Source of the DNA: an uncultured delta proteobacterium
GTDB taxonomy: Bacteria; Desulfobacterota; Binatia; UBA9968
Assembly (NCBI GenBank): GCA_963745035.1
Contig: CAVUVW010000012.1
Coordinates: 15,501-79,500, forward strand
Length of the DNA stretch: 64,000 nt
Direction: 5' to 3'
Numbering within the stretch: position 1 is the stretch's first letter; the number at the start of each line of letters is the position of its first letter. The notes beneath the pieces are model-generated. The model did no database searches and was not told the origin of the DNA. It saw nothing but the letters and a program-made list of their open reading frames with translations. The position numbers and the translations under genes are program-made. This document shows, in pieces, positions 53,530-63,183 of this stretch.

Positions 53530-54603
53530 ATGGGTGCTATGAAAAACTCGTTTATCGCTTTTCTTCTCTTTCTTGCTATAGATTTTGCCTCAGCCGCTTC
53601 GGCCCCCTCAGCAACAGCCGACTCACCGGAGTTGCAGTCTCATCGTTCCAACGATCCCGTCACCTGCGGCAGTACTCTAACGGGAAAAATATACACGCTT
53701 AGTGGCGATCTTGACTGCAGCAACGCAACGGCCCCAATTACTATCCGGGACCGAGCGGTGCTGGACCTGAACAATCGTTTATATGTTGGGCCCATCATCC
53801 TGGATGGAAGGCGGGCTCAGCTTAGAAATGGCACGATCCAGTGCATACTGGCCGGGACGAACGGCGGGCCGCTCGACGACGACCGTTGCGTGAGAGTAGA
53901 GGGTGAAGGCAGACACACCGTTCAAAACGTTCTGATCACGTACGAGAGTATGGATGGGTTTGGTATAGGCATTTGGGTGCTGAGTAATAATAATTTTCTG
54001 GCCAACAACACTTTTTTCCAGACACCAGACACCGGCGTCTTTGTTATTGGGAATAATAATATCCTGCAACAAAACAGGGCCATTATTAGTAACTTCGGAG
54101 CCGGTTTTTATACCGGCGGAGAGGGGAATCAGCTAATCGGCAATTATGCGACATCCCATCATGCGGGGTACGTCGTCGACGGAGAAAACAATCTCTTGAT
54201 TCAAAATGTGGATGCGGGCGTGCCTGACGACATCTCCGTGACTGATGAAGGTTTTGGGATAGCGGGAAGTGGAAATCGGCTGACTCGGAACGTGGTCACG
54301 AATGAAAATTTTGGCATTTTCGTTTTTACGGGCTCCAATACGATCGAAAACAATATAGCTATTCGGAACGGCTTTGATCTGTTGGACGGCACTAAAGACT
54401 GTTCCAATATCTGGCAAAACAACATTTTCGAGACGAGCAACCAGCCATGCATTGGGGGCACTACGACTCCATTGGTTTCGATGAATGCTTCAGAAACACG
54501 GGCTTTAGAAAGCTTTTCAGCATTGCTTCAAAAGTTACGGAAATGGAATCCTCAGCGCGGCCAGAAAACTGCTGGCAAGAACGTCGGGGGCGTCCGGCCC
54601 TGA
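53530..54603 (+). CDS. Secreted right-handed beta-helix (NosD-like) protein
   Basis: Signal peptide; repeated G(I/F)xVxGxNN units. Confidence 0.8.
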   Translation: MGAMKNSFIAFLLFLAIDFASAASAPSATADSPELQSHRSNDPVTCGSTLTGKIYTLSGDLDCSNATAPITIRDRAVLDLNNRLYVGPIILDGRRAQLRNGTIQCILAGTNGGPLDDDRCVRVEGEGRHTVQNVLITYESMDGFGIGIWVLSNNNFLANNTFFQTPDTGVFVIGNNNILQQNRAIISNFGAGFYTGGEGNQLIGNYATSHHAGYVVDGENNLLIQNVDAGVPDDISVTDEGFGIAGSGNRLTRNVVTNENFGIFVFTGSNTIENNIAIRNGFDLLDGTKDCSNIWQNNIFETSNQPCIGGTTTPLVSMNASETRALESFSALLQKLRKWNPQRGQKTAGKNVGGVRP

Positions 54604-54722
54604 AATTTGGCCCCCGAACCGAAGCCCCTGGGTCACCGCTTAGAAAAAATCAGTTTGGAAACAAAAAGTGGAAACAATTCGACAGAAGACAAACTGGGAA
54701 CGGCGAAGTCATTGATTTCATT

Positions 54723-54767
54723 TGGCGCGCCCGGAGGGATTCGAACCCCCAACCCCCAGATCCGTAG
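54723..54767 (-). mobile_element. att site: 3' half of tRNA-Arg(ACG)
   Basis: CTACGGA anticodon loop, GGTTCGAATCC T-arm and GGGCGCGCCA end; no 5' half. Confidence 0.85.
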
Positions 54768-54872
54768 GAGCGAGCAGCAGTTCATGTGAGTTTTTATCAG
54801 ATTGTCTTAGCAGGAAAATCAGATATTTAGTGCGTATAACATTCTTGAGAAAAGGTGAAATGAATTAGCGCG

Positions 54873-54899
54873 ATGGACACATCATGGACACATTGGACA
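54873..54899 (+). repeat. Integrase arm-type direct repeats
   Basis: ATGGACACAT x2 plus TGGACA, about 100 bp from the att core. Confidence 0.6.
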
Positions 54900-54903
54900 A
54901 AAA

Positions 54904-55176
54904 TCATAACTCACCTGTCCTAACGCACGTGTTAACCGCCGTCCATATCACGGCTTCTTTTGTGGCTGCGTACTGTTCTGGCCAGCGGGACTTTTGGGTC
55001 TCTGCAGAAACGAGCTCAACGCAGTAGTCCCACGTCTTCTGCTCATGCGCACGGCGCTTGTAGGTGTCCACAGAATACACTGTGCAAGCTATCGCAATGA
55101 AAATTAAGCATATCGCGACAATAGCTTTAAAAAGCCGATCCGGTCGATCGTTCTGTTTAGTTATGCTGTCGTCCAT
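54904..55176 (-). CDS. Small membrane-anchored hypothetical protein
   Basis: One TM segment; GGAG upstream. Confidence 0.55.
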   Translation of the reverse strand: MDDSITKQNDRPDRLFKAIVAICLIFIAIACTVYSVDTYKRRAHEQKTWDYCVELVSAETQKSRWPEQYAATKEAVIWTAVNTCVRTGEL

Positions 55177-55228
55177 TTTTCATTCTCCCTTTACTACCGA
55201 ATCAGGCTTGGTTACGCGCGCCAGATTT

Positions 55229-55315
55229 TCATGAAAGAATGCTCGACGCGAGTTCCTGCACGTCGTTCTTTTTGTCACGAACCGAATGGGCGTAAATCCT
55301 CAACGTGATCGACAT
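55229..55315 (-). pseudogene. Tyrosine integrase C-terminal remnant
   Basis: Manual translation SITLRIYAHSVRDKKNDVQELASSILS*, matching the catalytic Tyr region. Confidence 0.55.
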
Positions 55316-55418
55316 AGCCGAGAAGATTGCTCACCTTAAAATTGCCGTGCTGCGGTTTAATAAAAGCGAGGCGAACGATTAAAGAAACCGCCGCGCAAGT
55401 TTCGCGACACGCGCTCGG

Positions 55419-55718
55419 TTACTCGTTCAAAGGTTTCTTGCATCGAATCCCTCCTTCTAGCTTTTGTTTTATCGGGCTCCTCACTGCACGGAGCATCCCC
55501 CCAAGTAGTGCCAAGGCGTTATTCGCCTCCGTTGATGTTATTTCCTGTTGCAACACCGCTGCTGCAATGGTGCCGAGCGCCTCAGATAGTTCGGCTGCCG
55601 TCTTAATTTCCCTGATTGCAGCGTGATCATCCCTGATCAAGCGCCGCGCCTTCGATTCAAAATCATCTCCAGCCTCAGCCATGAACTTTTTAGCTTCTTC
55701 ACTATTAAATGGTCGCAT
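55419..55718 (-). CDS. Hypothetical protein (mobile-element associated)
   Basis: 99-aa helical ORF downstream of the XRE gene. Confidence 0.45.
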   Translation of the reverse strand: MRPFNSEEAKKFMAEAGDDFESKARRLIRDDHAAIREIKTAAELSEALGTIAAAVLQQEITSTEANNALALLGGMLRAVRSPIKQKLEGGIRCKKPLNE

Positions 55719-55817
55719 CCGGCCCTCTCAAAATTCGCCGCAACGCCAGGCCAAAGCCGAGCATCTGAGGCTGTTTTCCGCCGTGGCGCTCGTTTACTCT
55801 TTCGGAGGTTTCTTTCA

Positions 55818-56006
55818 TCAGTTTCCTCCTTTTCGTTTTGATTTCACTGCTATTTCATTCAATGCCTTGAGATAAGCGCCTTTTGGCTCGTTCATTCCAA
55901 TTTCCCAACGCGCAACGGTGTGACGCTGCGCTCCGATTCTATCAGCGAGCTGTTGTTGAGTAAGCTTCAATGATTTTCTGATTGCCAATATTTGTTTGGG
56001 AGACAT
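55818..56006 (-). CDS. XRE/HTH_3 transcriptional regulator
   Basis: IRKSLKLTQQQLADRIGAQRHTVARWEIG..EP. Confidence 0.88.
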   Translation of the reverse strand: MSPKQILAIRKSLKLTQQQLADRIGAQRHTVARWEIGMNEPKGAYLKALNEIAVKSKRKGGN

Positions 56007-56790
56007 ACCAGCTTGTATCATTTGATACACCATATTGTCAATGAATGTCCAAACTTCGGCAAAATAAATTTGGGGAAGGCGGCTATCGCAAGAGGCGCTG
56101 AGTCATTTCGCCACGTGCGCGGAAGTTGAACGATTGGAAAAGAGAACTCAACCGGGTCGGAAATCTTCCGGTACTTATCAAGGGCTTGGCGAGGGTTGCG
56201 CGGTTGCTCGAGAACGCGGGAAGGTACAATACTTCCGCAGGTTCAGTGTCATAGAAAATGCACCCGAAGGAGCAACACCCTATGACCGCGTTAACGGCTC
56301 GCAAGCCTGATTGAGGGGATTGACCATGGCGAGCATGCAGCATGCGCCACGACTGCGTTAACGCAGTTAAACGGCCAGTCTCAACGATGCGCTAATCCGT
56401 TCTGCAAGGCACCGGTCAACATCAAGTCACCGCGCGGCAAGCATGGGCGGTATTGATCGGCGCCATGCGCATGGACGGCTACGCGCTCAGGCGGGCAAAG
56501 GCGTTGCTCCGCAAGGTTGGCATCATCCGCCTTCACGAACTGCTGGACGAATTGTCACCAGCGAGTTTACCGTCGAATCAGCGACCAAAAAAGATGCAGA
56601 AATCTACGTTCCACTTGGAGTTACCCAATAGCGGGAGTGGCAATCACGGCAGCGAAACAGGCGTGCGTTTATGCGACTGCTCCACAAGCGTTCCCAGCGG
56701 CTGCGGCGAGAACGGTGGACGTCATGACTGCCGCAATGGGGCATGAATCCAACACAGTGACCGCCGACTAAATCACGGGATCGATGGACC

Positions 56791-57150
56791 ATGACGAAAC
56801 TGATTCACCCTATCACCTTCATCGATAAGCTGGTCAAGAAGAACGAGCGCGGTTATAGCTTCAGCCTGATGGATCACCAGCCGGAAATCTGCTTGGGGCC
56901 TCCTTCAACAAAGACCGCCGGCTGCCGTGGGGTGGGACACGATTCTTTATTCCTGATCAAGAAGAGCGGCAAGACCACGCTGACGGAGCCATAACCGTTA
57001 GCTGGGGATTCACTCAGGAGCCGCCGAACGAAATCCTAATCCTTGCCAAGACCTTGAGCAGACCCTTGCCCGCGTGTTCAGGACAATGGAAGGCATCATC
57101 CAGCACAATCTCGAGCGGCAACGCGAAGCAGAAGTCCAGCCCAAGAGCAT
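56791..57150 (+). pseudogene. Phage terminase large subunit N-terminal remnant
   Basis: LMDHQ, IKKSGKTT (Walker A), then WGFTQEPPNEILILA and TLARVFRTMEG across broken frames. Confidence 0.6.
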
Positions 57151-57248
57151 CTAGTCGCCGCTGGCGGTTCGCCAAGTAACAAGCAGGTGATAGCTCATGG
57201 TGTTCGCCTCCATCTCAGGATGACGTTGTCAGCAATAAGTTGACAACG

Positions 57249-58388
57249 TCACCTGGTGCTAAATCCAGTTCTGTCTTTATGTGAGCGGCTATACCTGTAT
57301 AATTTTAACAGTGCACCGGACAGCACAACCCGATCGAAATCAATCATAAACTCCCGCACATAGAAGTTGCGGATGATTGCACTCAGCCGCCGGATGAGGT
57401 CTTTGTCTCCCCGGTCTTTTGCAAGATCTAAATTCTCTTGGACAAACTCCAGGTCTATGCGCTGGGTGACATGCATACCGCGAAGCGACTTCCCTGACTC
57501 CATTCTCGGAACTGACTTGGACGATAGGTGGAGTAGACGTAGAGTCACCATGGTGCGCAGACATTTCGAGCAGTGGCCGCAGTTCTCATTCGGGTTATTC
57601 CAGCAGACCATGAGTGAATCCAAAATCTGTTGCTCGTGTGCACACGCTCGAATCTTGTCGACTCTGCCGTGGCCCGCTCCGTCGTGGATTATCTGCGTGG
57701 CCCCATTTGACCAAAAGCGGTCCGTCAACGGATGCGAACCTTCCGCCGAGAGCTCCCGGTACGTGTGGCTTGACGGTATGTACACACGCGCATACTCAAG
57801 AGCAAGAATTATCATGCCGAGACACGAACCGAATGTCGTCGTGTGTAATAGCTTGTGGTGGCGCTCGTAGGCTAAAAAATTCGTCTCAACTGGCGTGGTC
57901 GTAACACCACAGGCCTTTCCAAAGTCGTCGACGCGGGCGAGGACCTTCGAAAACACCTCGGGCGGCATTTCGAAATCGAAGCCATTGATCACGATTAAAT
58001 TTGTCACAGAATCGCGATGACGCAAAAATGTGAAATGCGAGTCCAGCCCACCAGAGAAAAATGTTCCAACGCGATTGCGGGCCGGTGCTACTGGTGAAGT
58101 CATGCAATGTATGCGAACAACCCGGAACAGTTTGCTCCAGCAGGAGAACACTTCCTGCAATTCAGCTAGATTATTAAGGAGCGGCTCAGAGACGGCATAG
58201 GCACCCTCTACTTCGATGTCTGTGCCATACAGCATGGCAGGAAGGAGCGCGGCGGCAACGAAGGGATCGACCGATTCACGGATTGTCTCATCCCTGCCAA
58301 AGCGAAACCACAAGTCGAAATCTCCGACTGTGGCCGATAATACGTTATGATAGTCGTCGGAATGAAGCTTCAAGTTGGTAATGCGCAT
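57249..58388 (-). CDS. PP-loop ATPase with Cys cluster (QueC-like fold), function unknown
   Basis: FFSGGLDS, GSHPLTD, VCW..NCGHCSKCLRT. Confidence 0.75.
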   Translation of the reverse strand: MRITNLKLHSDDYHNVLSATVGDFDLWFRFGRDETIRESVDPFVAAALLPAMLYGTDIEVEGAYAVSEPLLNNLAELQEVFSCWSKLFRVVRIHCMTSPVAPARNRVGTFFSGGLDSHFTFLRHRDSVTNLIVINGFDFEMPPEVFSKVLARVDDFGKACGVTTTPVETNFLAYERHHKLLHTTTFGSCLGMIILALEYARVYIPSSHTYRELSAEGSHPLTDRFWSNGATQIIHDGAGHGRVDKIRACAHEQQILDSLMVCWNNPNENCGHCSKCLRTMVTLRLLHLSSKSVPRMESGKSLRGMHVTQRIDLEFVQENLDLAKDRGDKDLIRRLSAIIRNFYVREFMIDFDRVVLSGALLKLYRYSRSHKDRTGFSTR

Positions 58389-59479
58389 AGGCGTACCTAT
58401 GGTATGTGGCTGTACTTCTCTGGGTGGCATTGGTCCTAGATTACCCTTCCGTTTGCTCACCTCACCTGTGTTGCTCACGCATGGACTCCTATACTCGTTG
58501 AGCCTGCACCGGTTTGCCTCCGTATTGGACGAGCGCCAAAAAATCTTCCAAAATGGCTTCTTCAGGGGGCATGCGGCCTTCAACCCACTCCATCTTGTCT
58601 GCGCCACGCCATTCCCAATGTCCGGGGCATTCAGCCAACTGCCCAGCCCTCATAATAATAACTAATCTCGTTCAGCACGTGCTCACCATCGCGCCGCAGT
58701 ACATCCACGGCTAAAGAAATAATAAAAAGCTCGTCGAGGATAGTCAAATATTTGACAGGCCTCTTGCGATAAATTTTCGAGCTTTCGCACCGCACGCAAA
58801 AGAGCCGATTCTGCCGCCAGGCTTCGTTGACCAGGTGAAGAGGCGCGCGTCCTCACTCTGGAATAAAGATTCGAGGGACTTGAGTGGCATGGTCCTCTTA
58901 CTGCCAGACCTTAATATCGTGCGTACCGTGTCGAAACTGGTCGGCCGCTCCGGCGCGTCATTTCGCACGCGCTGCGCTCGCCGACGGCAACCGATGGCGT
59001 TGGAAATCACCAAGTCCTAAACGACTCGTCGCGTTAAAAGATTGTCCAGGAGAATTGGCTTGTGTCCGTCTTTGTTCGGCAGCTTTGGGGAATCTACAAG
59101 AAAGCACGGGAAAAAAGAGCGAACCCCGGCTGGCATTCGAATTGCCCCTTAACTCACCGGCATCCAAATAGAAATCGGAAGCCTGTTAAGGGCAACCATC
59201 CCGAAAGGATGGGAACGCAAAGCCACTGGCCTAAGTTCCGAGAAACGTCGGAATACGGCAGCGGGGTTGCCTGGCGAAATCAGTACCTTCTTGGTTCTGG
59301 GAATCGCGCCTTCCAGATCCCACTAACCAAAGAGGTACAAATGCGTTTTTGTCGGTTTCCTTCTCGCGCGCTCATTCAGTCAGCCGCTTTCCTGGCATTG
59401 CTATCCTCAATAACGAACCAGCCGCGGCTGCCTAGGCTCCCAACAGGCTGAAGTTTTAGTCATTCTCCAAAGAATAAAG

Positions 59480-59677
59480 ATGGGCTGGTATCTATTCTGG
59501 TTTTTGGCGGTCACTTTTTTTGGCGTTCTCGTCGCGTTTCTTTATCTGATTTTCCATCAACAGTATTTCTTCGCAGGCACGCTTGCTTTTATTGACGGTA
59601 TAATTGGAACAAGCTTTAGAACAATGGTTAATTACCTCTTCCCACCAAGCGACGCCAGAAATGGAGCTTGCCAGTGA
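59480..59677 (+). CDS. Small 2-TM hypothetical protein
   Basis: Hydrophobic 65-aa ORF; may be a fragment. Confidence 0.4.
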   Translation: MGWYLFWFLAVTFFGVLVAFLYLIFHQQYFFAGTLAFIDGIIGTSFRTMVNYLFPPSDARNGACQ

Positions 59678-59877
59678 TTTGCTGTCGGGGTGATTAACGA
59701 TCTTCGAACGATGAGTTTTCGCCGGTCTTTATCGCTCGGCACAACCGGCTGAGGTCGCTGATCTGCTGGACAAGCTCTGCGCGTCGGATCCGTTGATTTT
59801 TTTAGCTGCCCAAGCTCCGCGGCCAGCGCGTCCATCAGCTTACCTATCCAGTGGGGTTAACACATGCGCTTGAGCGG

Positions 59878-61188
59878 TCACTTGGCGCGCCTTTTGACAG
59901 CCTCAACTGCTCCAATATCGCAAGGTTTTTTGCGTTTGTTGCCGATCTGATCGCGGTTCGGGCAGAAATCGTCGTCACCCGCATTTATTGCCTGACTGTT
60001 GGCAAGAAGCGGGAAGTGCCCGTTGCCTGGAGTACCGTCGTCCGCGAAGGTGCCAAGCCCAGGATCGCCGGTGAGGTCGCTGGCCAGAAGATTGACGTTA
60101 CAGTTAGTCGGATCGCCTATCAAGTTGTTGCCGAGCGATGTAATGGAGCCACCACAGTCTGGAGCTGAAGGTACGGGAAACTCGGGGTCGAGAAAGCCGG
60201 TATTCCCGGCTATGATGCTATTTCGTAACACAATTGTACCTAAACTAAAGATGTTAACGATGCCCCCGACATTGAACTGCTCTTCAGCCGCCTTATTGAC
60301 GTTACCAGCAATGGTGCTATTGACAATGATGATCGTTCCCTCTTCACTATTAATGCCGCCGCCGCCGCCGAAGCCAGCGACATTTTCACCTATAGTACTG
60401 TTGACAATTAGCATGGTTCCATTCGCATCATTCGCAATGCCACCGCCAAAACCAAAAGTCCCTGTTTCATTCCCAATAATAGAACTGTCCCGAACGGTTA
60501 CGAAACCGCCTCTATTCAGGATGCCGCCACCTCCGGCCTCGTCGGCAGTGTTATTCGCGATCGTGCTGTTTGTAACCGTCAGCATGCCGGCAAAGTTCGC
60601 AACTCCACCGCCGAGTCCCCCCTCGATAACAAGGTTGTCAGCAATGATGCTGTTCGCGACGATCACAGTACCACCGATATTGAGAATACCGCCCCCCGCG
60701 TTACGATCAGAGACATTTTCTTCAATGATGCTGTTAGTAATCGCTGTGGTTCCCCTGTTATATACCCCGGGACCTCCGGCAACGCCAATATCACCTGAAA
60801 AGCCACCTAAAAAGCCACCCTTAATCGTAAGATCACTAAGGCTGAGATTTCCCGATTCCCCGACGTGAACTATTCGAAATTCAGGGACTCCCAACGTCGG
60901 ATCTCGTTCGATGATCGTCTTATTAGGATCTTTCCCTACAATCGTGATCGCCGTTGTAATAGAAGGTAATCCATTCGGGCCGTCAATGTTTGTCCCAGCC
61001 GCTGCTTGCAAACTATAGACACCAGCCTCCAACTTGATTGTATCGGCTTTGCCAGTAGCATTTGCCGCGTTGATTGCGCTAATCAGGCATCTAACAGAAG
61101 AACAATGAAAAGCCGCATCGACGAGGCTGATACTTGATAGAATGGCTGCGACCCCGATTATCAAAATGAATTTCAAATTAGTTTTCAT
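59878..61188 (-). CDS. Secreted beta-helix protein with GGGI repeats and choice-of-anchor Q-like C-terminus
   Basis: Signal peptide; NSTIxxN..GGGIxN repeats; SLGNNLIGD, SQAINAG, CDIGAVE. Confidence 0.85.
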   Translation of the reverse strand: MKTNLKFILIIGVAAILSSISLVDAAFHCSSVRCLISAINAANATGKADTIKLEAGVYSLQAAAGTNIDGPNGLPSITTAITIVGKDPNKTIIERDPTLGVPEFRIVHVGESGNLSLSDLTIKGGFLGGFSGDIGVAGGPGVYNRGTTAITNSIIEENVSDRNAGGGILNIGGTVIVANSIIADNLVIEGGLGGGVANFAGMLTVTNSTIANNTADEAGGGGILNRGGFVTVRDSSIIGNETGTFGFGGGIANDANGTMLIVNSTIGENVAGFGGGGGINSEEGTIIIVNSTIAGNVNKAAEEQFNVGGIVNIFSLGTIVLRNSIIAGNTGFLDPEFPVPSAPDCGGSITSLGNNLIGDPTNCNVNLLASDLTGDPGLGTFADDGTPGNGHFPLLANSQAINAGDDDFCPNRDQIGNKRKKPCDIGAVEAVKRRAK

Positions 61189-61247
61189 TTGGGCCTCCGC
61201 ACCATGTTTTTAGTGGCACTGCCTAATTGCCTGCAAAACCGCTCAAG

Positions 61248-61688
61248 CTAGTCTTTGCCCCAACCGCTGACGACCTCGGGCCGCAGCCGGAACTGCACCC
61301 GTCGCTCTCCCGGGGCGCGATACGGGTATTCTTCCACTCCAAGATACTTCTTGGCGAGGCGGTTGATCCCCTCGCCGGCGCCCTGCTCTTCACTAATGAC
61401 CTGGACCACACGGCCACGCAGGCCGAGGTTGCGGTAGGGGTTTTCAGGATCAAGGACACTGAGCGCGACGGGGCTCCCGAGGCGAAGGGCGTTGGCCTTG
61501 GTCCGTCCCTCCGCTGTGTTGAGAAGGATATCCTCACCGTCCATATCCACCCACATCGCCGATACATGAGGTGTCCCGTCTGGCAAAACGACGCCAACGT
61601 GAACGAGCACCGGCTTCTCGATCAACTGGCGCTCCTTCGCGGTCAACTGCCGATGCGCCACCGTCATGTTTGGATGCTGCAGAGCCAT
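61248..61688 (-). CDS. PPOX-class (F420/FMN split-barrel) oxidoreductase; probable integron cassette gene
   Basis: DGTPHVSAMW, NTAEGRTK, LDPENPY, LAKKYLG; starts just after attC R'. Confidence 0.9.
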   Translation of the reverse strand: MALQHPNMTVAHRQLTAKERQLIEKPVLVHVGVVLPDGTPHVSAMWVDMDGEDILLNTAEGRTKANALRLGSPVALSVLDPENPYRNLGLRGRVVQVISEEQGAGEGINRLAKKYLGVEEYPYRAPGERRVQFRLRPEVVSGWGKD

Positions 61689-61705
61689 CTCTCTCCTCCT
61701 GTCCT

Positions 61706-61785
61706 GTCTAACGTTTGACAATGAGCGGCGGCTAGAGGCGCGCGGCGCTCACCGGAAAGCCGTTCGCTCGATGGAAGGGTTAGCC
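61706..61785 (-). mobile_element. Integron attC site
   Basis: Minus strand GGCTAAC-CCTTCC-ATCGAGCG ... CGCTCAT-TGTCAAAC-GTTAGAC; 80 bp with complementary R and L boxes. Confidence 0.8.
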
Positions 61786-62591
61786 ACCACCCTCACTCCG
61801 CCAAGAACTCAACTGGAAGCTGCGACCTTGGCACTGCCATTTGCACGCAGTCCCTGGTCAGTCCGGCTCATCTTGTAGCATTCCTTACGTTCGAGTTCGA
61901 GATGATGACGCGCCGAGAATCTAGGGCCGAGTATCTTTCAAGATAAAACGGGCATGTCTAATTACAGACAGTGGGGCTATTCAAGAAGGCCCGAGTTGCC
62001 TTACCTTACTATAAATTAAAATGGTTTTGGAGAAAAAATGAGGCTTCTGATGGTCACCAATGCAACTCGTATTCTTGGAAAGAGTTCAGAAACGGTGCGG
62101 CATTACGAGCGCACGGGCAAGCTTCCAGCGATGAAGACGGCAAACGGTCGGCGCTTATTCCGCGAGATGACGTGAAAGAGAGCTAGCGCGGACTATGGCG
62201 AGTAAAAACGAGGTGTGCAAATAAAAAAGGGGCCGATACTGGCGAATCTTTCCCGGGACAAGCCAGCCGACCCCAATTTGAAAGGATATATGAAGTCCCT
62301 ACCAAACAGGCCGCTCACTAGTCAAACGCATCTCCGCGCCATCGTTCAACGCCCGCCAAAAATCGCCCCTGACTTTAAGTGAGCTGCGTAAGCTCGACGA
62401 TATCGCCTTTATCTTTCTCGATGCGGCCGGCGGCGATCCCGTGCAAGCCGAGAAACTTCTCGATGATGTGATCGACCTGCTCTTCGAAGGCGGCGCGCTA
62501 TCGATTTGGCGATATCGGATAGTGTTGGATCAGGTTCGGGAAGGTTTAATAAGGCTGTACGTATCGCCGTATTCAGAAGGGAGAAAAACCT

Positions 62592-62738
62592 ATGAGAATC
62601 AAAGTAACTACGACCTTGCGCGGTGATCTTTGGGAAGCCCTGCAGATCGAGTGCATCAAGCGCAAGTGCGACGCCAACGACATATTGGAAGAGCTCATCG
62701 CCCAGCATCTCAAGAGAGCCAAGAAAGGCGGTGAGTGA
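62592..62738 (+). CDS. Ribbon-helix-helix small DNA-binding protein (48 aa, below ORF-track cutoff)
   Basis: MRIKVTTTLRGDLWEALQIECIKRKCDANDILEELIAQHL; GGAG RBS; TGATG coupling to the integrase. Confidence 0.7.
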   Translation: MRIKVTTTLRGDLWEALQIECIKRKCDANDILEELIAQHLKRAKKGGE

Positions 62739-63101
62739 TGGGCATGCGTGAAGAAACGCCGGGGGAAGTGGGTTGTCGATTGGCGCGATACCCAGGGCCG
62801 GCGGCACTGGGAAACCATGGCTAACAAGGAAGCCGCTCAGCTGCAGCTGGCGAAGATCCTTGGCGCGAAAAAGGTCGATCAGGTGATCGAGCGCCGCTCG
62901 TTCCGGGAATACGGGGACTGGTGGCTCGAGAACGTGGCGAAGGGATCGATCAAAGAAAGCACCTACCGGGAATATGAGGCGGTGCTTCGAAACCACGTCT
63001 ACCCTACCCTCGGCGACAGGCCGTTTATCAAAGTGAAGCGGACGGAGATGCGCGAGCTCATCCAGGCAAAGAAGAAAGAGAACTGCGCATGTTCGCTGTG
63101 A
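62738..63101 (+). pseudogene. Truncated tyrosine integrase (arm-binding + SAM-like N-domain)
   Basis: KRRGKWVVDWRD..GRR, SFREYGDWW, ESTYREYEAVLRNHVYPTLG; no catalytic domain. Confidence 0.8.
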
Positions 63102-63118
63102 TTATGGCTGGGGCCTAA

Positions 63119-63147
63119 CTACGGATCTGGGGGTTGGGGGTTCGAAT
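63119..63147 (+). mobile_element. Second tRNA-Arg(ACG)-derived att core, inverted
   Basis: CTACGGATCTGGGGGTTGGGGGTTCGAAT, exact reverse complement of 54739..54767. Confidence 0.85.
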
Positions 63148-63183
63148 GGTCTTAAAAAAGGTGTCTCCTGCTCTGGATGCGTA

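Noticed and set aside
54723-54767. Functional tRNA-Arg gene
   Set aside because: Only anticodon loop to CCA is present; no D-arm or 5' acceptor strand.
59632-59835. Ku C-terminal fragment (LMDALAAEL)
   Set aside because: Too short; no Ku core motifs.
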